64,000 nucleotides of DNA, taken from the NCBI GenBank assembly GCA_013239625.1, contig MU054526.1, positions 2,656,345-2,720,344 of the forward strand. Direction: 5' to 3'. Shown here piece by piece: positions 11,001-25,809 of the stretch; the stretch's first letter is position 1, and each line of letters opens with the position of its first letter. The position numbers were made by a program, and so were the translations under genes. The notes under the pieces are model-generated. The model saw only the letters and a list, made by a program, of their open reading frames with translations. It had not been told where the DNA came from and searched no databases. The stretch is from Lama guanicoe (lineage: Eukaryota).

Positions 11001-14000
11001 CCCAGCCTGGGACAGCCCCAGCCACCCAGCACAGCCAGGTGGGGCCCGCCTCGGGCCAGGCCTATGGGCAGCATACCTACCCTGAGCCTGCCAAGCCCAA
11101 GAAGGGCCAGCAGCTGTGGAACCGCATGAAACGTAAGCGGCCTGGGGCTGTGGAGAGGAGAGGGGCTCGGGGGTGGGGACCTCACACGACTCCTGGGTGT
11201 GAGTCATGTGGGGTGCGAGGCCCTTAGTTCTGGGTGTTGGGACCTCCCAAGGCTGTGTGGGTGCAGCTGCCTGGGGCCGGAGCCCTTCACCTCTCCTGGT
11301 CCTGGGGAGAGGCAGCCCTGGGTGGGCCTGGGGAAGGGCCTAACCCTGGCTTCTGCTGTCCTTACAGCAGCCCCTGGGACTGGTGGTCTCAAGTTCAACA
11401 TTCAGAAACGGCCTTTTACCGTCTCCAGCCAGAGCTTCAGCTCTACTTCAGAGAGCCAGCACAGCAGCTTCGGCCCCCAGCCCAGCCCCGAGAAAGCCCA
11501 GAACCACAGGTGCTGGCCACCCCCGGCCCTGCCACAGCCCCTCTGTGTGGAAGTGAAGAGAGGGAACAGGCGTCCGCTCAGGGAGGGTGGCGCTGAGGGT
11601 CTTCTCCCGGTCGTGGGGTGCCCCCCAACCGGGTATCCACACCTGCCCTTTGCCAGGGGGAGCCTGTCCGGGAAGCCAGACGACTGGCCGCAGGACATGA
11701 AGGAGTATGTGGAGCGCTGCTTCACCGCCTGCGAGTCAGAGGAGGACAAGGACCGGACGGAGAAGCTGCTGAAGGAGGTGCTGCAGGCCCGGCTCCAGGA
11801 CGGCTCGGCCTACACCATCGACTGGAGCCGGGAGCCCCTTCCAGGGTGAGTCGGGGCGGGAGACACTGGGGAGGGAGCCTGGGCGCTGAACTTGGAGACC
11901 CTCGGCTGGGAGGTGCGTGCTGCTCAGGGGCCTCTAGACACAGAAAGCCTTGGGCTCGCCTCCTGCTGGTTCATCGTCCTAGCTGAGGCGCCTGGTGAGT
12001 GCCCTTCCTCCCAGCTCGTGTACCCCCGGGACAAGTTGGCAGACATTGGGGACATTGGGGGGTACTGGGTTGGTGATGCCCTGCCCTGCTGTATCCTCAG
12101 GCTGACTCGGGAGCCTGTGGCTGAGAGCCCCAAGAAGAAGCGGTGGGAGGCCCCTAGCAGCCTTCACCCTCCCAGGGGGGCAGGCTCAGCGACAAGGGGC
12201 GGGGGTGCCCAGTCCCAGCGAGGGACGCCCGGGGCTGGGGGTGCTGGCCGAGCCCGGGGCAGCAGCTTCGCCAAGTTCGGCAACCGCAATGTCTTCATGA
12301 AGGACCACAGCTCCTCCTCCAGCACCGACTCGCGCTCCCGCTCCTCCTCCCGGTCCCCGACCCGCCACTTCCGCCGCAGGTGCAAAGGCTCCAAGGGGGG
12401 TGTGGGGGGGGACAGAGGGGAGGAGCCATTTCAGGCCTAACCTTTCTGCTACTCCTTGCAGTGACTCCCACTCGGATTCTGACAGTTCCTACTCAGGGAA
12501 TGAGTGTCACCCTGTGGGTCGCAGAAACCCACCCCCCAAGGGCCGGGGAGGCCGGGGAGCCCACATGGACCGGGGCCGAGGCAGGGCACAGCGTGGGAAG
12601 AGGTGAGACTTTGGGTGGCCAGGGAGGGGGGCCAGTATCGGGGCTCCCAGGGAGAGGAGCACTGGAGAGGGAGGTGGCCGACCGCTGTTGTGGCTCAGAC
12701 CAGGGGAAGAGGGGCAGCTGGACACCTGCCCCCTTTACAGCCCCCTCCTCCCCCCAGGCATGATCTGGCGCCCACCAAGCGCAGCCGCAAGAAGATGGCG
12801 GCCCTGGAGTGTGAGGACCCTGAGCGAGAGCTGAAGAAGCAGAAGCGGGCTGCGCGCTTCCAGCATGGCCACTCCCGCCGCCTGCGCCTCGAGCCCCTGG
12901 TGCTGCACATGGGCAGCCTGGAGAGTGGCGGGGCCGACCCCGACTGGCAGGAGCTGCAGATCGTGGGCACCTGCCCCGACATCACCAAGCACTACCTGCG
13001 GCTCACCTGCGCCCCCGACCCATCCACTGTTCGCCCCGTGGCAGTAAGTACCCCCGGCAGTCAGGACAGGTCCTCCCCGCAAGGCCAGGGCTGCACCAGG
13101 CCCGCGGGGCCACGACAGCAGGGGCAGCGTAGGAGGAGGTGGTGCACCTGCGGTGACCAGGGACGTGAGGCCCGGGCCACCCTGAGCTGAACTGAGCCCA
13201 GGACTCGTGCTTCCAAGTCAAGTCCAGGGTGTGTGGCTTCGTGGGGAGGCTTGGCAGCCCTTGAGCCTCCATCTCCTACATCCAGGACAGGGAGGAGGAA
13301 GCCGCCTTCCCAGGCCGGTGCCTGCAAGACGGTGGAACCACCACGCTCCAGTGTCCCCCAAGACCAGGAGCGGGGCTCACATGGCTCCTGGGCCGCACAC
13401 GGGGCTGTGTGGATGTGGAGACCCCGAGGCTCGGACGTGTCCCCTCTTGCTGTTCTGGGTTCTTTTTACCGTGGTTTTGATGTTGCAATTCTTGTTTTAG
13501 AACAATTCGGGGAACTGTCGCGGGTTTCAGTATGTCCTTTCTGTCCCTGTGTAAGTTCTCCTGAGCCTTGATTCAACTCCTGTCCCAGGTCTTGAAGAAG
13601 TCGCTGTGCATGGTCAAGTCCCACTGGAAGGAGAAGCAGGATTATGCCTTTGCCTGCGAGCAGATGAAGTCCATCCGGCAGGACCTGACGGTGAGGCGGG
13701 CGCCTGGGGGGCTGCGCTGGTGGGTGCTGCCCTGCTCCGGGGTGACATCTGCTCTGCTGCCCAGGTGCAAGGTGTGCGCACGGAGTTCACAGTGGAGGTG
13801 TATGAGACCCACGCCCGCATCGCCTTGGAGAAGGTGAGGGGGGGGGCCCGGGGGGCCCGGCCCCCAGCCCCGGCCCCCGGGCTGGCTCTCCTGACCTCAC
13901 TCCGCTCCCCACACGCCTCTGCCCTCCAGGGCGACCACGAGGAGTTCAACCAGTGCCAGACGCAGCTCAAGTCGCTGTACGCCGAGAACTTGCCGGGCAA

Positions 14001-16200
14001 CGTGGGCGAGTTCACTGCCTACCGGGTCCTCTACTACATCTTCACCAAGAACTCAGGAGGTGAGAAGCGCCGTCCCACAGGCCGGAGCAGCTCCGGGCCC
14101 ACCGGGTTGGGCCCTGCTGACCTTTTGTCTCTGGCCCCAGACATCACCACAGAGCTGGCCTACCTGACACGGGAGCTGAAGGCAGACCCCTGCGTGGCCC
14201 ACGCCCTGGCGCTGCGGGCGGCCTGGGCTCTGGGCAACTACCACCGCTTCTTCCGGCTCTACTCCTGCGCACCCTGCATGTCCGGCTACCTCGTGGACAA
14301 GTTTGCAGACCGCGAGCGCAAGGCCGCCCTCAAGGCGATGATCAAAACGTATGTGAAGCCGGGCTCTCCACTGCCCCCCGCTCTGCGGCCTTGCCGCCGC
14401 CCCCCTCTGCCCCCCACTCTGCACATTCCCAGGCCTTCAGGCCTCCAGCCCCCCTCCTGTGGGCTCCTCCCTCGTGTCCTGGTTTTCTTTTCCCATCTCA
14501 GCCCTCCCCCTTTCTTTCGCCCAGCCTGCCCTCCGTCTCTCCCTCTCACTGCTCTGAGGTCCCCTTGCTTTTCTTCCTCCTGCTCACATCACCCTGGACC
14601 CCAGTCTGCCTTCTTGCTCTGGGCTCCCCTCCCTCCGGGGCCTCTGCTCACCTTTCCTCGGCTCTCCTGTCGCTGAGCTCCTTCTCTGGGGAGAAGCAGT
14701 AAAGCCGGCCCTGCCCTTCACAGCTGTGGTCTGAGGGACAAGGCCTCACTCCCACTTGAGCTCCTGGGAGAGCACAGACTTGTTTAGTGGGCAGGCGAGT
14801 CCGTGACAGTACTCAAAAGAGCATGCCCACCGTTCGGCAGATGAGGAGTGTGCCTGCTCAGTTGGGAGGGAGACGCCCCGGGTCAGTCTTGCTGAGGTTG
14901 GGAGCCCCTGGTCAGAGGTCAGTTAGCTTGGGAGCCATGGGGATGGTGTGGAGCTGGGGAGGGACACTCACCCTGAAGGTTAAGACTTCCTAGGATCCAG
15001 TTGGGTCAAGAGTATTTAAAGGGGGGGATAAAGAATATTTAAGGGAGAGGTGGAGCCAGAGCAGGGGCCGAGGACATAGAGGGGAGAGGTGGGGCAGAAA
15101 CAGGAGGTGGGTGCACAGGACAGGCCGTGGGCCTGGAGGGCCCTGCAGGGCTGCCCGAGTTTGCTCTTGGGCAGTTCCTCAGCTCCCATGCTGTCCCAGG
15201 GCTGTAGGGTAGGTTACTGTCTCCCCTCTTGCTTAGCCTTACATGTGCTTGGCCTGGGGGACAGACCCTGGCCTCTTGCTCTCCAGGTACCCTCCCAGTT
15301 GTAAAGGTGGCACCGCCTTTCTTTGACAGACACATCCCTCCCAGAGCCAATTGGGTCCAGACCAGCCCCGCCCCCTCCCCAGTCATTCAGGGCCACGATG
15401 AAGCTTGGGCTTGAGGCAACACTGGTTCCAGTACTTTCTACCACTTCTTCCCTAGGGGGACACTGGCCCAGTGGCTCTGCCTCTTGGGCTGTGCTGTCCT
15501 CAGTGCGTGTTAGAGGGTAGGGCGACATTGCTTACAGGAGGGAATTCAGTGAGTTGGAAGAGCTATTTCCTGGCACAGGCCAGGTCTATTAGCAGCCAGA
15601 AGTCTCACCCAGGTCAGAGCAGGTTCTCCGGAGTAGCCGGCACTCCTGCCATCCCACACCCGCCCCCATGTGTCGCTCCCTCTGCCTGGCGCCTGCCCCT
15701 CGGCCACAGTGGGCCCTCTTCTGAGGGTCTGCTCAGGCCCCAAGCCAGCAGAGGAGCCAGCTGGGCCCTTCCCTCCTATCCCCTCTCCTCCCGGTCCCTT
15801 GCACAGGTAAGTGAGGGCTAGGCGGGGCACAGCTGGGGTTGGGGCCCCCAACCCCACCCCGGGCCCCCCCAAGCCCTGAGGTGGGGAGGCTGGGGGGGTT
15901 GGGGAGGGCTTCAGCAGGCCACATGCTGAGGATCTTAACCTTTTGGGTGCCGGAATGGGGGGCACCCACTTCCTGCTCGTGGGGCCCTCCACTGTCCGCC
16001 GCCCGCCTCATCGCCTTCTCCTNNNNNNNNNNNNNNNNNNNNNNNNNNNNNNNNNNNNNNNNNNNNNNNNNNNNNNNNNNNNNNNNNNNNNNNNNNNNNN
16101 NNNNNNNNNNNNNNNNNNNNNNNNNNNNNNNNNNNNNNNNNNNNNNNNNNNNNNNNNNNNNNNNNNNNNNNNNNNNNNNNNNNNNNNNNNNNNNNNNNNN
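8059..16200 (+). CDS. LENG8: Leukocyte receptor cluster member 8 (SAC3/GANP-family PCI protein)
   Basis: Coding exons 8059-8096, 8683-8857, 9221-9322, 10010-10120, 10880-11132, 11368-11509, 11657-11845, 12101-12379, 12462-12602, 12758-13043, 13589-13690, 13765-13833, 13930-14059 and 14141-14348. All are GT-AG with consistent phases (2225 nt): [13 protein letters not shown]...[14 protein letters not shown]...[16 protein letters not shown]...[18 protein letters not shown]. The last coding exon is inferred to lie in gap 16023-16202, so the end coordinate is approximate. Confidence 0.95.
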
Positions 16201-16202
16201 NN
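16023..16202. other. Assembly gap (others: 17079-17325, 20539-20678, 51352-51529, 51639-51772)
   Basis: Runs of N. Confidence 1.
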
Positions 16203-17078
16203 CAGCGCCGACGGGGCAGGGGCGGGGGTGGCGCTGCGGCCCCAGCACCGCCTTGGCAGATTTTGTTTTTGAGCCATGGACTTGGGTTGTAAATTTGTCG
16301 GGGAGTGGGCTCCAGGAAGAGCCACCACCCCAGCCCCCGTTTTCCCACCGGGGAGTCTGTACAGAGATTTTTTCTACGTTTTTATTTTTTGTCTCAGAGG
16401 GATGGGCTCGGGGGAGGACGGGTGGGACAGCGGAGGGTTGGGGGCGTGGTCTGTAGGATCGTCAGTGTCCACCCTGCACCTCCACTAATGCTGTCTCAGT
16501 GTTTTTTCTCTCTCTCTCTCGAGCTTGTACTGCGGTACCGACCCAGCACCCTGGCCCATCCCATGCCGGGGGTGCCAGTGGAAGAAGACAGGCCGCTCCG
16601 CCCGCGCCCGCCTGCGGCGGGGGCACCAGCACGCCCGCCCGCCGCCCGCCCTGCCTCATCACAGACTCTTGTTGCCCAGCCCTCCGGGGCCTCAGTGTTC
16701 GGGGCGAGGGGAGCCGTGTAGAGACTGAGCCTGCCCTCGGCCCCCGACCCCAGAAATGCCAGCGCCTCGCCGCCTCCGATCCACGCCGCCATCCTGCCCT
16801 GAGGACTCCGGAGGCCATCGCGGGACCTCGACGGCCGGCCTCGTCTGCAGTTGTATTAAGTTGTCTCCGTGTCCCCTCCTCCCTCCACCCCCAATGTTTC
16901 TTCTGGTTTTTTTTTCTCCTTTCCGTCCTTCCTCCCCCTGCTCCCCCTCCCTTGGTTCAGCACAGGTAAACCGGTTACCCCTCCCTCCCGCCTGCCTCAT
17001 GGATCACCAGCTCACGTCATGTTTCCTTCTCTTTTCTTTTTGTGTGTGTTTAAGTTATTTTTTCTTCCTCCCCTTTTC
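16203..17078 (+). other. LENG8: LENG8 3' UTR (runs into the second gap)
   Basis: Follows the gap that should hold the terminal coding exon; U-rich blocks; no + strand AATAAA seen before gap 17079-17325. Confidence 0.65.
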
Positions 17079-17364
17079 NNNNNNNNNNNNNNNNNNNNNN
17101 NNNNNNNNNNNNNNNNNNNNNNNNNNNNNNNNNNNNNNNNNNNNNNNNNNNNNNNNNNNNNNNNNNNNNNNNNNNNNNNNNNNNNNNNNNNNNNNNNNNN
17201 NNNNNNNNNNNNNNNNNNNNNNNNNNNNNNNNNNNNNNNNNNNNNNNNNNNNNNNNNNNNNNNNNNNNNNNNNNNNNNNNNNNNNNNNNNNNNNNNNNNN
17301 NNNNNNNNNNNNNNNNNNNNNNNNNTCTGCTTGGACCAGCTGTCCCCGAGTTGGGTACTGGCCC

Positions 17365-19720
<2,356 letters not shown>

Positions 19721-20276
19721 TGCCTGCAGTTTCAGACTGAACTTCGTATCTCGGACGCCACTGTCGCTCTCGGTCTGACATCTCTGGGACGTCCCTTCTC
19801 CACGGGGTCCACCCCTCTTCCTGGCCATTTTCCTGTGCAGCCACTCCTGGGGTTAAAGGCAGCTCGCCTGAGTGGGTTCCACTGGAGACGCGGAGTTCCC
19901 TGGGCCACGACCCTCGCCCGGGGCCCGGACCGCGTTCGGCAGGCGGCTGCGCGCAGCTAACACTGACGGTGAAGCAGGCTGTGGGAGCGGCCAGGTCCGG
20001 ACCCCGCCCCTGGGAGGGGCACCACCTAGCCAGGTCCCTGGCTCTTAGTGGGGCCTCATCCCCTTACGCTAGACCAGTCCTTCGACCTCCACCTGGTTGG
20101 GGCCACAACTCTAGGTGACACACCTAGCTCTTAAAGGCGCCGGGACCCCATCACCCCCTCCCTGTCCCCTCTTCCCACGTGCAAAGCGAGCAGACAAAAC
20201 CAGGGGCACAGACTTTGTCGGTTTATGTATAAAGAAGTGGGGCGCTGGACGGTAAGGGCGCAGGGAACGCGGGTGC

Positions 20277-20673
20277 CTACAAGCCGATGACGTCGTCCAG
20301 CTCGAGGTCCGCGTTGGGGCAGCAGCGGGCCCTGGGGTGCTGCGCCCCGGAGCCGGGGTCCACGTCAGGTTTGGCGGCAGCGGCGCCCGGGCGTTCCGCG
20401 TCCATGACGCCCAACACCGCGTCCAGCATGGAGGGGCCCAAATCCAGGTGGAAGGACAGCAGCGGGTCGGCGGGCGCGGGGGGGCGCAGGGCGAGGCTCG
20501 GGGGGCGGCCCGCCGCCGTGGCGGCTCAGGAACGACGTNNNNNNNNNNNNNNNNNNNNNNNNNNNNNNNNNNNNNNNNNNNNNNNNNNNNNNNNNNNNNN
20601 NNNNNNNNNNNNNNNNNNNNNNNNNNNNNNNNNNNNNNNNNNNNNNNNNNNNNNNNNNNNNNNNNNNNNNNNN
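20277..20673 (-). CDS. CDC42EP5: CDC42 effector protein 5 (BORG3); N-terminal CRIB region in gap, apparent +1 frameshift
   Basis: The minus strand reads TSFLSRHGGGPPPEPR from 20538 and, one frame over, PADPLLSFHLDLGPSMLDAVLGVMD...NADLELDDVIGL* (TAG 20277-20279). The start is inferred in gap 20539-20678, downstream of a ctgac branch point and pyrimidine tract. Confidence 0.9.
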
Positions 20674-21789
20674 NNNNNGGATAGGGACGAGTCAGCTCGG
20701 CCTTCCGTGTTCCCTCCTCCCAGCTCTGGGCCTAGACCGCCATCCAAAGGATGCTCTCCATAAAATGATGGTGGTGGGATTACTCCCATTTTACAGGTGG
20801 GGAGACTGAGATTCCCTGAGGCCTGAGGTCATAGCTGTTTGATTCAAACCTCAGACTCAACCTGAGGTCTGCCCATAACCACCACGCTATCCTCATTCCA
20901 TTAAGAACTAACGTTTGAGCTCCCCGTAGGCCAGCAAGCGAGCAAACAACATGCTCTACCAAGCCTTCGGACGGCTACCCAAACCTGACAGAAACTCCAG
21001 CTTGTCCATCCCGTCCACCCTGAAGACAGGGGTGACCCTGTCCTTTGGGTGCAGCAGGCAGTGCCCAGGGGCCGCCACACTGCTAGAGGCCGGCACAAAT
21101 GCTTAAGTGTTTTCTTTTACAAAGTCAGCCTTATGCTTGTCTTTATACCAACGCAGTCATAAAATACAATTATATTAAACATGTTATTTCTATGAAATTT
21201 TTGCCTAGGACACAAAAAGTCATAGTGTAAGCTGGCCTGAAGATTCTCATTTGGGAGGTTTAGGGTGGACCTGAGAAATCTAGATTTGCACAGCATTTTA
21301 TAATTTGAATTATCTGGTTTTGAAAGAAACAACATAATGGTTTACTTTTTGGAAAATGACAGCAACAGTAATAACCATGCAAATTCCCCTTTGTTAAAAC
21401 ATGACGAAAATGACGTAAATCCCAAGCTGGTGACACACGAACGTGAACTAGGTACCCTATAGCCACGTGACTGCACCACACGATGGTAAATAGATGTACC
21501 TGCCAACCTTTGCTCATATCCTGGAACCTGGCTGTTTCTATGGAACTTCTGGGAGGGACTTCAGTGACCTTGTACTTTTGTTTTAACAGTCACTGTTACT
21601 ACAATAATAATGAAAAAAACTTCTATTTGAATTGCAGCCCCACCTTCTGCCAGCTGTATGAATTGGGATAAATTATGTGATCTCTCTGTTTGTTTTCTAT
21701 CTGTAAAATGGATAAAATAATACTACCTTCCTTGCAGGGCACACAGGAAAACCCCATCAAAGGAAAGTATATTTGTAACGGTGCCCTCT

Positions 21790-21790
21790 A

Positions 21791-21835
<45 letters not shown>

Positions 21836-21836
21836 G
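21790..21836. repeat. (CT)n(CA)n compound microsatellite
   Basis: Directly visible. Confidence 0.95.
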
Positions 21837-22199
21837 CATACGCACAAGCTCGTTTTCTAGGAAAACCAGTCTTGATTTACCACCTCTGTAGAGTTTCTCA
21901 AAATTCTCTGACCTCAACTTAGCTGAATAAATATATTTTTCTTACAGTCTGGCGTACAACCACCATTCCTTCCCCACTTGCACCCTGCCCCCTACATAAA
22001 AGAAACAAAAAATTTATGAAATGAGACTTTTATCACATGCTAGGCACTCAGGTATATTCAATTCTAATCTATGTTATTATTTTACTTTTTAATGCCAACC
22101 TCTCCTCATTAATGAATCTCAATCCATGCTTTACAAAAAAAAATCCTGTCTCAGGGCTAGCAGTGCCCATTTTTACTCAGCACTGGATTATAGGTGAAA

Positions 22200-23060
22200 A
22201 GGTTAGAACTCAGAAAGCCAACAGCCCAGATTTGGATCTGGCTGTGCCCATTGCTGTGTGGCTTTGGGCAAATTACTTAACCTTCCTGAGCTCATTTCCT
22301 CATCTCAAAAATGGAATGGTACTCATATAATACTTTGTAGTCTCTTTGCAAGAATTGGTGAGACATTGCCCGTGAAAGGTCTTCGCACAGTACCCAGCAC
22401 ATGCTTAACAGATGCTCAGTGGAGTCCCATCCTGGATTATTCTCCCCTGTCCCAGAGAAAGAGACACCCAGAGAGGATCTGTGAGTTGCCCAAGGCCACA
22501 AAGCCAGCTCTGCAAGACTCCAGAGCTCAGAGTGATTGCTGCCACTGCCTGCTTCCCTTGAACCTGCCCCTCCCCGGACAGCTCTCAGCTACTCTCTTCC
22601 CCCCTCCCTGCCCCCAGCTTGCCCCCACCCTGGCCTATTGCCCTACAAGGTGACATCACCCCCACTTTCCAGCACTTAGCAGCATCTTAAGATCTTGGGT
22701 TTCTGACCTCAGACACACCTGGGCTGCTATTTCCTTTCTGTGGGCCCCTGAGGACCTCAACCATAAACTTCAGTTTACTCCTCTGAAAAACAGGAATCAG
22801 AAAACCTGTTTCCAAGGGGTTGATATAGAGTATACACACGATGTGACATTTTATATCCCAAGCACTTATTCTGGGCCAGGCAGGGGCTTCACACAAATGA
22901 ACAAACTCATTCAATCTTGAGAACAACCCAGTGAGGGGAGGCCATTATTATTACACCCATTTTACACATGTGGTGCCTGAGGCACAGAGAGGTCAAGTAA
23001 CTTGCCCTGGGTCACACAGTAGCAAATGTTGGTGGCCAGATTTGGAACCCAGGCAGATGA
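22200..23060. mobile_element. Cluster of MIR SINEs
   Basis: tgtgtggctttgggcaaattacttaacc...tcatttcctcatct and cccattttaca...gaggcacagagaggtcaagtaacttgcc. Confidence 0.7.
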
Positions 23061-24059
23061 ACTCCGGAGTCAAAGGATGCTATTATATTGCTCACAGCCC
23101 CCATAGGACAGGGCGTGCGGACCCATGGAAAAAATAATGTTTTGCTATAAAGCCCAGGGATTTCCAACACCCCTGACCGTGTTTGTTTGCTTGTTTTGCT
23201 CTGCTTTTATCTATTCCAGATGAGAACGATGAGTTCAAAATTGTTTTTGAAAGCCACTGCTTCTCCTCACTAACTCTGACACCTCGGGGCAAGTCACTCC
23301 ATTTCCCCCAGCCTCGGTGTCCTCTTATACACAAGGCTCCAGTCTCCCTTGTTGGGCCCTTGATGCAGTGAGGTCATGCTCGGAAAAAGTCCATCACAGG
23401 GCCAAGTCCACACAGAGGGACTGTTGTTTGTGACAAACACAAAGCAGGCAGAGGGCAGGAGTGAGCATGAGACCCCGGGACGCGGTGACCTCGCGCTCGG
23501 CTAAGCGGCCCTCCTCCTGCCTCCATCTGCCCCCTCTCTTTCCTGCCGAGGCTCCAGCTGCAGGGGTGGGGGGCACAGCTGGCTCACCTCTGTCCTCCGG
23601 GGGCCCCAGCCCTGCCAAGACGGAAAAAACAACCCGCTTCAGATCCAGCTCGACTGGTTCTCAGCCCTTTGGGAGAGGCTTCGCGGTGGGTGGGGCCCAG
23701 ACGGGGCAGGGGGACCCGGGGGCCCGGGAGTCGGAGACCCCTGGACCCCTTTGAGACTCTGCTGCGCGCTTCCTGAGGCCACGTGGCTGCGGCCCGGGTT
23801 TCAGGGTCTGCTGTCTCTTTGGTCCTCTGTCCCGCTTCCCTCCGGACTTGTCCTGGGACCCTGGGCCACCACTGTCCCTTACCTCGTGGTCCTCGCTAGC
23901 CCCGGCAGGCGCGCTCTCTGGGGCTCCAGCTCAAGCTGGGACAACCCCGTCTTCAGGGTTGGGAGCCTGCCTCCGCCTCCGACTCCCAGGCCCTCACCTT
24001 CTTCCTTCTTCCTCCGGGCGGGATCTTACCTGGCAAAGGAAGTGTCATGTGGAACCTCG

Positions 24060-24350
24060 AGGGGGACCCAGGACCCAGGACCCAGGCGTCTGCGTCCACA
24101 GTGCCACCTTCTCAGCCTTCCTCCTCTCTTAGGCTCCAGGAGTCCTGGCTCCTACCTCTCTTACTTCTTAGCCCCGGAAGGCCGGGGTCTCTGTCCTCTC
24201 CTCCCGTGGACCGAGGAGTCCAGACCCCTAGTCCTCCTCCCTCAGCCTCTGAAGTCAGGGCTCCCAACCCCCACCTCCCTCGGACCCAGAAATCCAGGCC
24301 TCCACCCCTCCCCCCAGGCCTTGGGGGGAGTCTGAGTCCCACCCCCAGCA
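24060..24350 (+). repeat. Degenerate ~37-bp MSR1-like minisatellite
   Basis: Recurrent ccaggagtcc(a/t)g...cctcctccctc(a/g)g(a)cc units. Confidence 0.6.
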
Positions 24351-24799
24351 GACCTTGGCATCAGTCCCTTCTTTACCTGCTCTGGGAACTGAAGTGTCAG
24401 CCCCTCTTGGGGGCCATGGTAGGAGCCCAAACAGGCGCAGAGTCGCCACCCAGCCCAGCTCAGTCCGTCTGGGGCAGAGAGGGTTAAGGCGTAGGCCCCT
24501 CCCAGCCTTCCTTATCTCACCCCTACCTCCAAAAAAAGTTTGCCTCCAGGATTTAAGGGACTAGAAAGCAGCGGTGGAGGAGCTGAGGCCCCTCTGGGCT
24601 GAGTGCGGGGGCGGCGGGGCCGGACCGGGATGCAGGCAGGCCGCACGCACGGGGCTGGGGGATGGAGGGCAGGGCGGCCCCTAGCCCCGCCCCTCCCCCT
24701 GCCAGCTTGGAATTTCCTGAAACTGGGGAAGTCTGGCTGTTTAGGAGAGTAATTTCTTCCAGATTGCAGCTGTTGGGGGAGTGTGTGTGAGGATTGAGG

Positions 24800-24836
<37 letters not shown>

Positions 24837-24856
24837 GGCGGGGGGGGGGGGGGGGG
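24800..24856. repeat. (GA)n plus poly-G tract
   Basis: Directly visible. Confidence 0.95.
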
Positions 24857-25636
24857 AGACCAGGTCGGGCAGTGAGAGCAGCAGGAGGCCGGAGGTGACC
24901 TAGGAGGGCGCTCCCACCCTGCTGTGGGGAGTTCCCTGGCTGAATGGCCCTGCCAGGAGCCATTTATCCATAGGAAGGTCATTACATCACTGAGTGCCTG
25001 TGCCTAGCGGGGGTCAGTGTCATATGTGGGTGTTAGGGAGCTCCCTCAGGGGCCAATGTGAGGGAGGGGCTGACGTGGAGAGCAGGGTCCCCAGGGAGAA
25101 GGCTGGCTGGGGAGCAGGAGGCAGCGGCCCTGGGAAGGGGCAGGAGCTGGGGCTGGAGAGGAGAGTTAGTATAACAGATAGGGAGGAAGTGTGACTTGAA
25201 CTGAATCTTGAAGGAGTGGGAGTTTATGGCCATCTGAGGAGAGGAGGAAGGATACTGAGAGCCGGCTGGGATACCAGGTGGAGTCCAGGGCACCAAGGCT
25301 CGGTGCAGTTTGGTTTGCCTGGAGGGCAACTTGAAAGCCACTGGGAGTTTAGCCCCTGTCCTTTGTCCAGGGCAGGGTGCTGAGCAGGAATGACAGGTTC
25401 AGAGCCAGGTGGGCCACAGACTGAAGCGAGGCTGGGTCTCACAGCCAGAGCAAAATTTACGGTGGGGGGCTGGAGTGGGTCACCCCAAACTCAGGAACTA
25501 AGAGAAATATTTAAACATATTTCTATTAGTGTTTGAGTCGCAAACCATGGAATTAACCATTTACTGTGGCATCTAGAACATTCACAGTATTGTGCAACTA
25601 TCACATCTCTCGCTAGTTCCAGAAGACTTCCATCGC

Positions 25637-25765
25637 GGGGTGGGGGTATAACTCAGAGGTACACTGTGGGCAAAGCATGCCCCAGGTCCTGGGTTTAATT
25701 CCCAGGACCTCCATGTAAAACATAAGTAAGTAAACAAACACAATTACCTCCCCCAAATCAAACAA
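25637..25765 (+). mobile_element. Vic-1-like SINE with target-site duplication
   Basis: tRNA-like head and caattacctccccc tail; acttccatc repeated at 25626-25634 and 25768-25776. Confidence 0.8.
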
Positions 25766-25809
25766 ACACTTCCATCACCCCCCCCAAACCCACTGTACCC
25801 ACTGAGCTG

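Larger units (their letters stand above)
23700..24900 (-). promoter_or_regulatory. Probable CDC42EP5 promoter and 5' non-coding exons
   Basis: GC-rich block with minus-strand donors (GAG|gtaagg at 23883/23882; CAG|gtaaga at 24030/24029) and GC boxes near 24685. Exon structure not resolved. Confidence 0.45.
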
